In this document: in pieces, positions 1-13,730 of the stretch
Layout of the letters: every line of letters begins with the position of its first letter
How positions within the stretch are numbered: the first letter of the stretch is position 1
DNA from: Ascidiella aspersa
Taxonomy: Eukaryota
Length of the DNA stretch: 64,000 bases
Direction: 5' to 3'
NCBI GenBank assembly: GCA_963924565.1
Contig: OZ004614.1
Coordinates: 7,130,001-7,194,000 of the forward strand
Notes under the pieces: generated by a model
Databases searched by the model: none
What the model saw: only the letters and a program-made list of their open reading frames with translations
What the model was told of the DNA's origin: nothing
Translations under genes and position numbers: made by a program

Positions 1-414
1 GCGCTTTCCAGCTTTACTAACGACTGTAGCACGCAATTTGAAGACCCCGCTTCCTTTTTTTCAGTCATATTTTTTATGTCTGTTGACAAAGGCAACATTA
101 AAAGTTGAAACCCATCGTTTTTGTTTCCCAGTCAGCTGAAATATCGATTGCAAGATGAAAGCCCTGAATAAAGTAAACGCGTAGGTTACACCTTACAGTG
201 CACCTTGCAAAGACATAATACAATTAAAAGTGTCTTATTAAAAAACAGAAAAAACAAATTTTCAACGTTGTGTTTAGAACATTATAGTGATATTGACATC
301 TCACAAACTATGGCCAATTCCAAGAAACGGATGCTATTTTCGTATTTATTGGCCCCAAATCGCCCAGATACGGTTTAAAAATCTTTGTGGCACTTGAAAA
401 TTTTTTTTGTTGGC

Positions 415-812
415 CAGTGTTATCAAGCTAAAATACAATGACTGTTTTCAACCCCTGGCCAAAATTACTTGACGTTAACTTGACTTAAGTCTTTTGAACG
501 AATCACTTAACTCGGACTTGAGTCAATTTTTCGAATGCTTAAAAATTAAGTGTTTTCATTAAATATTTTTGTATAAAATTGGGTTATTAGTCTCGAATTT
601 TGTACGTAATACAATTTTCATGCAGTTTTATGGCGTGTTTGATATTTTTAGTTGAGTTGTTGCTCATAATCGGGCGCATTCACCAATTGTATTAGTTTGT
701 CAATGACTTGTTTTGACTGGGACTTGACTTGGGCAACTGGTGACATTTTACTTCGACTTATGTTATTTGACTGGGACCAAGGTCTATTCAAAATGACTTA
801 TTTGCAACACTG
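415..812. mobile_element. 'gacttgactt' MITE family member
   Basis: cagtgtt...caacactg termini and internal gacttgact repeats, colinear with 55907-56392. Confidence 0.68.
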
Positions 813-3647
813 TTCACTACAAACCAGGATCTTACTTTGTGTTTTCGGGTTCCCGAAATACAACAGGGCAACGCAGCTGGCCTTAATGTGAAGAGCGCCG
901 TTTGTGCCTATGTACTTTAGTGGCTTGTGTACCCGCAATCCACATCGATCCGACGAACCCATCGGGCCATTTAAACACACGAAACCGTCCAAGTAGCACT
1001 CGAACAGACCGAACGCTAATCGGCCAGTTTACGCGGCCCATTTAGATGATGGCGGCTCCTTTTTTGTTGCCTTTACTTTGAGTTGATTTGCCCGGGAAAG
1101 GGTGCCGGCCGTTTTTGGAGTGTCTGTGTAAACTTGCCTGATGACCCTCAACAGGTGCTAGGTACCTGGCTGACACCGCGGCATTCGTGGCTAGGAAGTA
1201 GCAATGTTCGATACTTGACATATTTTTCCGATGCCGATACCCGATATTTTGAACAAACCGGTTCGGCATAATTAGACGTCATCACAGTGTAAAGGTTTCT
1301 TATAGGGCCAAACTTGTTTTTTGTAAACTTAGCGATAAAAAGCTAGGCTACATTCGACTGTTGGGGAATTTCCTTTGAATGTACAAACGTTTTGTTGGAT
1401 CGCAAACCGTGACAGAAATACCAGTAAAAGTTTGATATTAGATCGGCGCTGATAGCACCCTGTATCGGACGACTTCCCATACTATCACTCAGCCTCAGGT
1501 ATCGGTCCTGATAAAAAAGTATCGGGCATTTCTACTGGTAACCTTGTGTAAAGGTCACCCAAGGGCCCTCTGTAGAGTCTGCACCTTTGCCTTTATCGAC
1601 AACAAGCCTTCTGTGATTTGATGTAGCATTTAATAAGGCAAAAGTCACCTGCAAAAGTGCAGAAGTATACATTCATGCCTTTATACCGCATTTTTTTAGT
1701 TAAACAGACCCCCTTCTCAAATGTTATGTACATATCTTTAAAGATAACCATGTCTGAATAAAAACCAACAACCTTTTACCTAGCCCCAAACCCTCACCTG
1801 ACTTCACCACTTACTGTTAAAATACAACACTAACTCCCCCAATTTTTAGATATTGATTCGTCCATTTAGGACATGTAATTTTATATAATGGTCTCTATTC
1901 GTTCACAAATAGTTGTATCAAAAAGCTTACCGATTTTGCCAAAATGAGATTCATAAAAATTCTCAAATACCAATCGGCACCATTAAGCATTAGAAATGGC
2001 ACACCAGGTCGCACCCCGGTTGAGAACCACTGTCTCAAAACAGTGGTATAATAGATATTTCCGCTTTAGATGTTGTTGCTTTACGAGTCTTATTGTGTGT
2101 TCTCACTTGATTCGTACGAGTCTTGCGGCTGGGCAATTTGCCCCACGTTGCATGTCATTACCCGTACTGTGGTATCTCATACTGTGGTTATTCTAGTGAA
2201 CTAAAAATATACAGACTTAAAGGTGACCTAGACTTAGGCAAAGTCAGGAAGTTTCAATATTCTAACAGTTACCTAAGCGGAGATATAAACGATTAAAAAC
2301 TAAAAACGGTCCAAATGATCCCACCGGTTATTCTAGTGTTAAAGGCTGGGCGCGTCTTTAATCGCCGAAAGGACGGCACCGCGGGCGAGAGGAGGCCGAA
2401 TATTTGCGGTAGCACGCAGCAGACGGCTGTGCGCCAACGTGTAAATCGGACAGGAAGGCGTGTTAATGATTGATTTGGCCGCGGCTCCGTCGCCCATCTC
2501 GCCGCCGTCTACTATGCTGCCGGTCCGACACCTTTCGTCCGGTCAAAAATGACCGAGTTAAGGGGTGCTTGGTTTTGTTGCCCTTGATAACCTTGTCCGA
2601 ACTTTTTGTTGGCATATGTCGTTGCTGGGCAGCTTATATTGATCGCCATGTTCAATTCAAAGAACATTGCTTCGTAAACTGGTATGCTCCCTAGATCCTT
2701 TGACGAATTTTAAATTACACAAGTGATTTTCAAACCTGACTCAAGAAAATCGCAGTGTACTGCGTAACTTTTTGTTAATTTTAGAAATCACACTATTTTT
2801 GTGTTTTCAAATACTCATACAAGCATGCGAGACGTGGTAGCACATTATCCAGCAGAAAACCAGTAAAATTAAGACATTTACCTCTGAAGGTAATCTCTTG
2901 ACTGGAAGAATTTCGCTGTGCAAATTAGCGTCCACGTTAAAATTCTTTAGGTTCGAAATTGCTGTCTGTTGGGTTTGAAGATTGTAGGTGCACTCAGTTT
3001 CACACGGAAGATAAAAATACACTGGCGCCAGAATTTTTTTTTCAATTTGTTATCTTTATTTTTATATTTAGTTAAAATAGGCAAAAAAAAATAGTTTGAG
3101 GGTCCATTACCGTGTGTCCCTCTACTTTTTCTATACACCCCTGTACAGAAAGCAATACTCTTTGTTACCCGTCTTAAGACATATTTGTTAATTAAGATCG
3201 GTTTAGCATTGATTAAGCGCATTATTAACTTAGAGTTTTCTTCGCGGCCCCCATTAAAGCGGCCCTAGGGGACCGGGGCCCCAGGATGAAAACCACTGTT
3301 TACATCATGCTAAATTTTACATTTACATGCTGTTACTACCTTTTCTATTTAAGCGATAGAAACTACCATCTGTTAGCTGTTGCCAAACGTGTTCCAAAAA
3401 ACAAAATGTTTTGGCGAATTCACATACCTTGCCCCTGTACGGTTTACCTATACATAAAAAAAACGTGCCCTTATCGAATGCAGCTAGCGCAAAAGCTAGC
3501 TCGCTTGCTCCTAAAGAAGCACTGCTTTACACCATGCTAAATTTAACATTTACAAGCTATTACTATACCTTATTTCATTTAGGAATTCCTGTAGTTTTAA
3601 AACCGTGCCCCTGTATTTGTATACCTAACCGCTCCATTTCTCCACAG

Positions 3648-3849
3648 ATGGGACTACCAGTACTTGCTGCACAACTCCACCTTCTGTATGGTTCCCAGAG
3701 GAAGGCGTCTCGGCTCTTTCCGCTACCTAGAGTCACTGCAGGCCGCTTGTATTCCAGTGGTTCTTGCCAACGGCTGGATGCTGCCCTTCGCCGAGGTCAT
3801 TGACTGGTCAAGGGCTAGTCTGACTTGGGAGGAACGGCTACTTTTGCAG
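3648..3849 (+). CDS. EXT1: Exostosin-1-like exon (GT47 domain; equals human EXT1 exons 2+3 fused)
   Basis: cag|A TGG...CAG|gtgtgt; translates [67 protein letters not shown], matching the EXT1 motif [19 protein letters not shown]; 202 nt. Confidence 0.96.
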
Positions 3850-5921
3850 GTGTGTGTATTTTCCTGTGTTTCTGGACTTAATCTGCCGTTAAAATGCCGG
3901 TGTCTTGGCAAACCGCTTGTAAATAGGAAACAAGGGGACTTTGAAGATTATCAACATTTGTCGATAGCCACATTTGTCTAATTCGATATCTAAAAATCCG
4001 GTTGGACTGTTGAGTGACAAATGAAATAGAATATTGACAATCTTACGCACAACCGTGCATAGGTAAACGGACTAATCAAAAATATTAGTTTAATTATTTT
4101 GTCTCTCCTATGAACCATGAAAAACATTCCACAAAGGCCGTTTTTGTATTAAAAGGTCTAACGTGAAAAACGGTTTTATTACAAAACCCGCTTTTTGTCA
4201 GCCTAGTTTTTTACCCAATAAATTATGCTTTGTACGCAAATGTTTTTACTACAAACCATCAACGTATTACCTCTACCCCCAAAATTGGTAACCGTACCCA
4301 CATCACTTCGACTGCAAAAAATTTAACCACAAACCAGACTTAAAATATTGTTTTTTATTGCTAACCGTTTTGTTACAAACAAATTCTGAAGAAAACGCGT
4401 TACCCAAATTATCGATTAAAATTGCCCCCACTTAAAGTGTGCCTATACGCCATTTGACGTCTACTGGGTCCACCATCCTAAGCAATCTTCCCAAAAATTC
4501 GCGTTTAAATATCCTTAACATTGCGATGCCATCGCAGTAAAGTTAATCTTGTTTGCAAACCTTACTCCAATGATTTATCGCTGTTTTTAGAGCTCGCTTG
4601 TTAAAAACCCGCCCTATGTTTGCCTACACCGCTAACACGTTTGTGGAGCCAAGAAGCCATTAGCAGCGTTATTCCAGCAGCACGCCAGTTCTCTTACGAA
4701 TCGACGATTTTACGATCGAACAATGAGGCCTTCTATTTGTTTAAAGCTTGCAGTTTTGGTCGGCGCAGTTTGCTTTTCAAAACTACACGGCGTATGTAGT
4801 AGTTAAGATGCCAGACTGCCACGCGGAGCGAAATTTCAGGCTTAAAATGCTCGCAACATTATCCCAAATTAACTGCCCTTTATAGTATTGCTATTTTCCT
4901 TATTTAACAACATCCCACTTTTGGTTGGCAATAAAGCTTAAAGTTTAAAAACCCGAGTAAAACAGAATTTAATACTTTAACGTTTATTTTTTATGACAAG
5001 GACTTGACTTGAAATTGACTTGCTCTAATTATGACTTAACTGGGACTTAAAAATATTTTTGTTTATGTCACAAGACGTACTTAATGACGTCATTAACTGT
5101 TTATCAACCAGGCTGTCAGTCAGTTTTTCCTCTTTGAAAATGTCTTACTGAGCAAATGTTTGTTTCATTAAATATAAAGATTTTTAGCCTTATTTAGTTA
5201 ATTAAATTACGAATTTCGTACTGGAAAATCTTTGCCTAAAAAAACCTCTTTAATTCCACCGGGTATTTAAGTTTAATTTAAGTTGTAGCCCTACTGTTGG
5301 TGGTATTACTCGTTTATTTTTACTTCAATTCACCAATAAATAGAAAAGTTTGAATGTGCTGTGTTCAGCAACTCATCGTTTCTTAGACGTATTATTTTCA
5401 CAGACACGCGCCCTTTTGATAAAACAAGAACGACCGGCATTTCCTACCCGTACCGGAAAACCGGGAGCAGCCGCAAGTGCTTATTGGTGAAATTACACCT
5501 CGGCGTGAAATAACCTTCGCAATGTATGAGACCGCACGTCGAACCTATGCCACGTTTTTCCCGCTTTGGCGTTACAAATGATTTCTTACGTTTTTAAGTA
5601 AAAATTCTTTTTTAATAGAAGTTTTGCGTTGAAAGCAGCCAGCCCAATGGGAAAAGAGCTGACATATTCTTTAAAAACAGTTCAATCAAATTGATATATT
5701 CTTTTAATGTATATATAAACTAAATTCCGCCTAAACTGGTAGACTAATTGAAACAGGCAGACACATATGTGTGTTAACGACTGTGATCTAGCGCTCGCCC
5801 TTCTCAAGCTTCTTTTTGACCAACGATTACAGCTTACGTATCATTAGTACACCGAAAGCCATCGCAGACTCACCGAATCTGTCGATAAATAATGCAAGCA
5901 AGACAGGCTAGAAAAACAACT

Positions 5922-5996
5922 AGCCTGCAGTGAGGTTCGAACCCACGACCTCCGGTCATAGCGGGACCGTCGTTCTACCAACTGAGCTACACAGGC
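5922..5996 (-). pseudogene. tRNA-like sequence (tRNA pseudogene or SINE head)
   Basis: Minus strand GCCTGTG TA GCTC AGTTGGTA GAAC GA CGGTC CCGCTAT GACCG GAGGTC GTGGG TTCGAAC CTCAC TGCAGGC T: A and B boxes, cloverleaf and a T5 run just downstream, but C33, a D-stem mismatch and a GCT anticodon without the Ser long variable arm. Confidence 0.75.
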
Positions 5997-6171
5997 TCAG
6001 AGAGGAGCGAGTCGAGAAACATGGTTGCTTACAAAATGTAAAATTTATATCCTCTCTTTAAATGTTTACCCGCGAAATTTTTGAACATAATGGCCAAGGT
6101 AATGTAGTGTACGCGATTTAGTAATCACTGCGTACACAATACCTAACGAATATCTTAATCCGGTGCGGCAG

Positions 6172-6291
6172 GTACCGGGCACTCTCGGCGACATCCCGGA
6201 CGACAGGATCATGGAGTTGCGGCAGCAATCGCAGTTCCTGTGGAACACCTACTTCTCTTCAGTGGACGCCATGACGCGTACCACGTTGGAG
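6172..6291 (+). CDS. EXT1: EXT1-like exon (human exon 4 equivalent)
   Basis: cag|GTA...GAG|gtagga; 120 nt; VPGTLGDIPDDRIMELRQQSQFLWNTYFSSVDAMTRTTLE (human ...[25 protein letters not shown]); not in the ORF track in this frame. Confidence 0.95.
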
Positions 6292-7379
6292 GTAGGACGA
6301 TATACTCTGTTATAATTTTGGATGTCTGATAATATATATTTAAGTCCAATACGTGATGTCAAGTGGTATAATGTCGGTACTTGCATCGGTTCCTTCAAAG
6401 TTAAATAGGAATTTGGAGCAGGATTTGCTTTTTTGGGACAGGATTTGCTCAACCCTAAGCAGCGATTTTTACCTTGAAGATAAATTTACAAAAAAAATAG
6501 AGAAGGCTTACAACTGAAGATAAAACCAAATTTCTGAAATCGTTGCCTTCTAACCTGGTAAAACAAATTTAAACGTTTCCAACTTTCCATTTAATATATT
6601 TTGCTTGTTTGGGCATATTAATGACGTCATTTTATATCGTATTGTACGGCCATGCTTTTTGTCTGTCCAATCGAAATAAAATGCTAACTATTATTTATTT
6701 GATCTATTATCACACATTTAGAAAATTTGTTAGTGGTGAATGACACGATTGGGATCGGTATTTTTTTCGGTCGTGCCACGGTCAAAAAAAACAAAACAAA
6801 ACAGGTAATATGAGCTGGAGCTCCAAGGCGAAATATTAATCAAAGCGGGTAACATTAACCCTGTTAAAAGAGACCTGTAGGGACGTTTAAACGCGGAGGT
6901 AAAATACAATAGCTATAGTAGAGCTCTTTTGATTTCAAACACAGTTAGATTGATAGTTAAATTTAAGCCATTAAAAAAAATCTTTTTTCGAAACCCAGCT
7001 GTTCACAATTACGTTTTGTTAATCGCTGTTTGCGTGTTAGCCAATCGGCAACTGGTTTCCCTGTTTCACCATTCAACCAAATCGAATTTTTTTATGTAGT
7101 TTTTTATTTGAACATGTAAAGCCCCGGATTTCATTAAACTTTCTACCAATTTTTAGACTTACTTGATAAAGCCGATTGGCTTACCTTTACGAAGCCCCAA
7201 TTTACGTGTTTACTTCAAAAAATCGTTTCTTGCGTTAACAAGCATGAAAAATAGGAAACTGTGGGCTTGTAAAACGGCATTCTTAACAATCCTGGCTTAC
7301 AAAAAGGCCCAGCAGTCTACTTCTAAAAGGAACCGTGGCGCTTTGCGAAGTAGTCGTGTTATACGTATATGGTCTATAG

Positions 7380-7466
7380 CAGGGGTCGGGAATATGTTCC
7401 TTTTAAAGAAGGAATCTTGTTTTCAGCTTTTATGGCTCCTTAACCTGAAAAGGTTCCCGACCTCTG
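7380..7466. mobile_element. 87-bp hAT MITE
   Basis: TIR caggggtcgggaa / ttcccgacctctg; perfect TSD gtctatag. Confidence 0.85.
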
Positions 7467-10124
7467 GTCTATAGATACATGGCGGTTGCTATAAAAAAGC
7501 AAAGCAGCAAGGCGTACAAGTGAGGTCATGTTGTACTCTATTCTTGCTCACCCCTCGTCCGATTTCGTTTCCTTTGTGTGCTTCTATAATTATCCCGCCC
7601 ACTCTGTGGTGTCCTCTGTTCAAACGGGCTCCTGTCTTGCGCGCGCGTGTACACAAAACACCGAAACCCGTCGTTCTCGATTTGAATTTCTTCGCTAGAA
7701 ACCGTATGCTATTTCCGCTCGAAAAACAATTTTAAAGCGCATAGGGTTGTATAAAAATAGGGATTGGTGCAGCCTTTACATGCCAAGTGGTAGTTTCGGT
7801 ACTCTTTCGATACTAGGGTGTTATCGGTGCCGATCCGATACCTAATTAATATTTAAAATTTGGCAATCGTCGGCGATCCAACGTTTCAACTGTATACTTT
7901 GTAAGCCAAATAATAAAAAAATATCAGTTAAAAACCGGAATTAATGTAATCTTTTCAATGCTAAAACAAATTTCTGCCCTAAAACATTGAACTCAATTCG
8001 ATTTTGACCCTCATTTTCGATAACATTTCGAATTTTTTATTCAAGCTCGTTTTTTTTTTTTTCGGGTATCGGTATCAGAATAAAATGCAATATATCGGAT
8101 ATTCCTTTACTAAATGTTATTTTTGTATAGCAACAGAGTGAGTATTTTCTGTCTCCTGTTTTTTCAGAATCAAAAAAGTATGATGGTAACGCTTTTTAAA
8201 CGTGTCTTTAGTACGCCATACTCATTTTTCATTTTATCATCTCTTATCCATTTTCGTCTAGCGCAAAAGCCACACTGTTAAGAATCGCGATTCCATTCGT
8301 GATTTTACGACCTCGCGCCAAATCAACATTACGGCTCGATGCCAACTCTTTATTATTTAATCGCTTCCCGCAGCGATCTAATATTGACCCCCCCTCCCGT
8401 TCAAACTCCCACACGACTTCTCAGGAATGGCAACTATTTCTCCTGGCTAGGTCGGCATAACGCGGGCAATAAGCCGCATGTTTTTTTATCGCTACTAGCT
8501 CTGTGTTCGTTAACTCCTATCTCAAATAGGTAACTGGGCTTTTTTATCTATACACAGCGATAGGAAAACGCGGAAACTGTAAAGGCATTTCGGGAAACCG
8601 ATTTCTTTCACAAATCATTTTTTTGTTGTATGCGGTGAACAATTGAAAGTGCCCAGATACCACTCGAACACGTGGACTGGTATTTTAAATTTTTGCGCAA
8701 AACGGTGTAAACAAGTTCTTAGTTTGTGGATATTCACAACCCTTGTTAGATTTGTAAAGAAGGCCAAAAACTGATTGTAAATTTGCCCAATCAAATACCG
8801 CCCCACGTTCCTGGATAAAACGTTCAAGATTTTTACTTGGATATGCGCATGAAAAATCCAACGAAAAAAACACTTTATACATCTACAAAAATTTCCGAAA
8901 ATCCCGGTGCCATTTAACAGGGTGCCTTGCGTACTTTTCCTTGAAAAAAAAAACAACCACTTGCTACTCATGGCTGCTTAAACTTGTTAAGGAATCAAGT
9001 CCTTTTAACTGGTCAATGCGTCCACACAAAATGTAATAAAGCTCAAAAAAATCATCGCCTGCTAAAGACAGCAAATTGTGTGTGCCGCAAAAGCGGGCGA
9101 ATTCTGGCTTGCCCCGGCGGTAAAAAGGAATGCCGAAAATTCGGCGTGCCGGCTCGTTAGCGAACAAAGAAAGTCGCGTTCCGCCTTGGAAAAAAAGCGG
9201 GCTGAGACGAAAATGCCGCTTGTCATACGCCGATATATTCGACGGCGTCAATTGTTTCGCTTCAGTCGAAATATGTCGATTGACGTGTGTTGCGCGTCGC
9301 CCTGAATAAACCTGCACTTGCTCCTTCTTCCCTCACTCTCTCACGCCCTCTGCCTTTCTCTTTTCTTCTCTCGTTTTTCGCGTTTGGCGTCTGACTCGCA
9401 AACTGCGTCTGCGGTTGAGCTTTTTCGATTTCCGTGAACGGAACTGAAATACCACAGACGCCGTTCGACTTGTTTTTTCCGGTCAATATAAACAGTGGCA
9501 CACTGTCTTACGTTAAATGTCGTTTCAACGGAGTAAAAAAACACAATAAAGATAACAAAAAGGAAAGCCGAACTTAAATCTCTTCTAAAAATCTCTTGAA
9601 AATCTCTTTTTCTCAATATTGTTATTTTTACCCCTCAACGAAATATAAAGTTCTGTTTGGTAATGGGAAATTTAGAGTGTGAGGTTATAATTGCATTCAG
9701 AAGTTGAGTTCGCCTAATTGCTTTAAGCAATGTTAATCGATGATCGTAGCGTTGCAGTAGTTTTCTTTCCCACATTTCTCGCCTTGGGTGGCCGACAGTA
9801 GAACTACGTATTTTGGCGTTCAAGGTTCTGCAAGGACCACAGTGCACTTGTCCCTTATTCTGTTTACCCGCAAGTCAATTTCAGCCTTTAGTGGTTGTCA
9901 TACTTTTTTACATGGCGGACCCCTTCTGCTTTCTTATATTCTGTCGGACCTTTTTAATTTTTTAAACAAGTAAAATAAAAAGGTCACGGTACAATAATTA
10001 CTCTAATGGTCCAATCAATACTCTTGCAAACTACCAACTATACACAAGCTGTGATATGATTGTTATCATTAATACTCACTGAGAAGTATGTGTTACGAAT
10101 AATATAATTTACTATTCTGTGTAA

Positions 10125-10300
10125 ATAGCCGTATTTGTCTAATTCTAAATAGGGTAAGCAGGTGGCACAATTTAAGGCAAATTGTGTTGAATTCTTGACA
10201 AGCTTTCACACAACCGTGCTTTATCATGTCAAAGTAGCTACTTTGCTTGTCTAGAATTTAATACAATTTGTCTTTATATAGCGCCGCTGCCATCTGATTA
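10125..10300 (-). mobile_element. Degenerate family-B hammerhead element with short inverted segment
   Basis: Reverse complement matches 24082-24190 (ctttgacatgataaagcacggttgtgtgaaagcttgtcaagaatt...); core mutated; a + strand partial copy begins ~10245. Confidence 0.6.
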
Positions 10301-11344
10301 GTGATTAGTTTGATTACCCTATAGTTTACTAGTTAATGATTAAAAAGACTGTTGCACCGACCCAAACGGAACCCAGTTTAAAATCTGCGTTTTTGTGTAC
10401 ACTTGACCCAAACGTCCGACAGTCTCGTGCCCGATTTGCACGTCAAGGTGAAAATGACCTTGAGGCATGATGGGCGAGCTGTCAAGGTCGCTCGAAAACG
10501 GTTCGTTGCTGCCTCAAAAAACGTGACTCAAGTTGTTAACGAGCGATTATTGTTTAATGCGATTTTGATTGCGTCGAGTTACGCGCTGCGTGTTTGTGTA
10601 AAAGTTGAACAATGGCTTACAAAATCTAGTGGCATTTACTTTTCTTAAATTCTTAACGTGATGACGTTTTGTTCGTTATTACGAATGACAGGAATTGAAC
10701 TCTGCGACTCTTAATGCTGGTAGATTCGAATATCTGTATTTTATATATACTAGACTGAGTTATGCAGTTAACGAAAATTGTACACGAATTTCAGCCGTAT
10801 TTTGTATAGCTTTTTAAAATTACATTTTACGTCCAAACTATGCGGAATCGGAATTTCAAGTTTTGTCAAAAAGCCAAAGAAATGTGCCTGACATATCGGA
10901 AACACTGTATAGTTTGCTTTAAATTGCCGTTTTCCTGGATTGATTATCAGTAACCGAACACTCGACGAGTAATTTTGTGATACTTACAAGTCATAACTCA
11001 TAACTCAGGCGAATCTATAAAAACTCATAACTCAGGCGAAAAGCGACAGTAAGTATGTACTTCTGTAAATTGACTAACAAAATCCTAGCCGTTATGCGTT
11101 TATGATTGTTTCGCCGTTTAATTTTACTACAAAAAATACAAAAAGGTAATGCGTACTTTTTTGCAATAAACTTAGCTAGGCACAGATCTCTAAACATCCA
11201 CACGGAAACACACAATGATACCTATCGAGAAACAATATTTACAGCGAGTAGTCTATACGAAACAATAAAAACTAAACGCGAATGATACATATGACGGAAT
11301 AATACCCAAACCCTCCGGAATAAGTCCTAAACCATATGAATATG

Positions 11345-11475
11345 TGGTACACTATGCACAGATCTGTAATGTAGCTTGTCAATAAATTTGAATAGATCGA
11401 CATCTACCTAAGACTGCAGCCCAGAATTCAACGTCGACACCTTATCAACACCGCTGTACCTGGTCAACACCTGAA
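11345..11475 (-). repeat. Family-A element remnant lacking the ribozyme core
   Basis: Reverse complement matches 18080-18250 (ccttatcaacaccgctgtacct; tgcacagatctgtaatgtagcttg). Confidence 0.55.
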
Positions 11476-11559
11476 TGTGCTAAATAATGCTACAACGATA
11501 GAAACTTTAGAGTTAGACTGATAACAATTGCGTTCCACCTTTTATAAGTGAAACGTATG

Positions 11560-11800
11560 AATAGGGTGCTGGAAAATTCTCCGCCGCTGTTTTGGCGCCG
11601 GACTGTTTTACCTATTTTGGGGTTAGGGGTGGGTAATGGGCGTGATTAGAAGTTGGGTTAAGGGTTGAATTATTTGAAAATTGGCGATAAAGTTGGGGCG
11701 GGGTTTGATGTGAGGTAAGAGGTCTTCCCGTATAGGCGTTATTTTAGTTTGTTTGAGTAATTGTGACCTTATTCCGAATTTAGTTGTATTTCGATGACCC
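11560..11800 (-). repeat. Dispersed repeat with ccctaacc/ggttaggg motifs (related: ~30170-30500 nested in the hAT, ~1770-1850)
   Basis: Reverse-complement similarity to 30330-30480; shared tacaacactaactcccc between ~1824 and ~30310. Confidence 0.5.
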
Positions 11801-13081
11801 ACGCTAATGTTATTGCAATTTCAGCCTATTGCTCAAGTCTGTCTACCCGTCGAAAAAAGCGTTAGTCGTGCTTAAGGCAAAACAGGAAAAGCCAACTTTT
11901 TGCCTTTCGGTTGTCATTGTATGCGACTTGGCCGACGGCGCTTTATTGCCGCAACACAGCTGTACGAATTGCCGTGTTTTAGTTGGCAAATATGCCAATT
12001 TGCTGCTTCTCATAACTTCGATTAAAAATAATAATAGGTTAACTTAAAACTCTAAATTGCCAACATCCCCTTTGATTAACGTTAAACTTCGTGTTTCAAA
12101 GTTAGGTACTTTGTGAAATAATTCAGATTCCAGTCGCATCTTTCGGTGCAAAACCACAAGCCAATACCTAGTCGAAATAATTACAACAGACTTTAATGTA
12201 CTATTGACGGCGAGTCATTAGTTTTAATTGCTCGTAGTTTTCATTTCGGGATTCCTAAACTTTGATTCGCAATAACGAACCCAAGTTAGCGAATCCAGTT
12301 GTCCAAACGGCTAAAACTCTACTCAGTGATATGTGATTTTCCCCAAAAGACGAAATTTAAGATTTAAAAGCATTGTTAAAGTTAATAAGCTTACTTGTAC
12401 AAAAATAGGGCAATTCCCAGCAGAATTTTGTGAACGAAGATTTGACATTACAGTAGGGGCCAAAATTGCCGATAGGCTATAAATAGGTTTTCCGATGAGC
12501 TCATCGTTTAGAAGTATAGCAGTAAGACGTAATCAGAATATCCGAGCCCATCCAGAAGTAGGTATCTTTTCGAAAAAAATTGAACAAAATGGAAAAAGAG
12601 TAATTCAAAACGTTCAAAATGCTACCTACTTCTATATGGCCTGAGATTCTAATTACGTCATCGTTCAGGTTTAGAACTTCACAATGTACACACACAAGAC
12701 ACACACAATAAGCGATAGACGCCATAAGCTGTGTGCAGTGAAACACAAGCGGCCACCGTCCATTAGCTCACAACTCGCTCGTGTGTTGGAACGGAAAAGG
12801 CCAATCCCTGGTCAGAGCCGAACCGTGGCCTCAGTGACACCGCATTACCGCTCGCCCTGTCACTTATCCGGCCTCTGTAGCAGCTCAGTCACTCGGTGGG
12901 ATGTCCGATACATTTTATTTCGATGCACATACCCGATATTTTTGGCAGAAAGTATCGCGATCCGCTCCTATACCGAGTGACGTCATTCTGTGCTCACAAC
13001 AAGCAAAATAGACCAAAAAAACACGGCCTTTTTGCCTGGCACTTATCTAAAATTTGCTTATTTTTGTACTTTACTTTAGTC

Positions 13082-13730
13082 TAGCGGTTCTTAACCGGGG
13101 GGGGGGGGGGGCTTTTTTTTCTTACGTTTGTTCACCTTTTCTTAGCAAAATAGTAAAACACATCTCATCGAAGGTATAACGGCCCCATTTAAATCACACT
13201 TCTGCTAACTTATAGATGAATGACTAAAGGCCCCCCCTTCTCGAAATATTTTTATCGATATTTTATATATGATCACACAGGCTACAACAGGGGATCCGAA
13301 CTTGTTTGCGTCAATCTATATAATGTTTTTGCAATATTATTGGGTGTCGTCACACCTTTTAAAAGCGATAACGCAATGTTTAAATTTTGCGCTTTTCTTT
13401 CGGCGCTCGACAGACGACATCACAGCCTTCCAAGTTACAACTGTGGAGTCCATGCCCTCACAACACGTTTGTCAAAAACGGCTTCTTTCGAGCACGAGGA
13501 ATTTGTTGTGTGCCCAATGCGAGGTCTTCTGAATTACCTACAGTTTAGCCAATTTAATCAAATAAAACTCAAATTTTTTTCGCGCTTCGCGCGGCCATTA
13601 CTGCACTTTCCTATTTGTTGTCTTTGCGATATATTATTGAAAAATTACAAATTGCTTTTCGTAGGTGGGGCGTAAGGCATCGGAAAATTACCAAAGGGGG
13701 GTGCGGCTTAAAAAAGGTTAAGAACCACTG
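13082..13730. mobile_element. hAT MITE
   Basis: TIR tagcggttcttaacc / ggttaagaaccactg; perfect TSD ctttagtc. Confidence 0.85.

Noticed and set aside
1-3647. Upstream EXT1 coding exon
   Set aside because: No frame resembling the end of EXT1 exon 1 was found; it must lie before the window
5922-5996. Functional tRNA-Ser(GCT)
   Set aside because: C at position 33, no long variable arm, D-stem mismatch and extra bases around the anticodon stem
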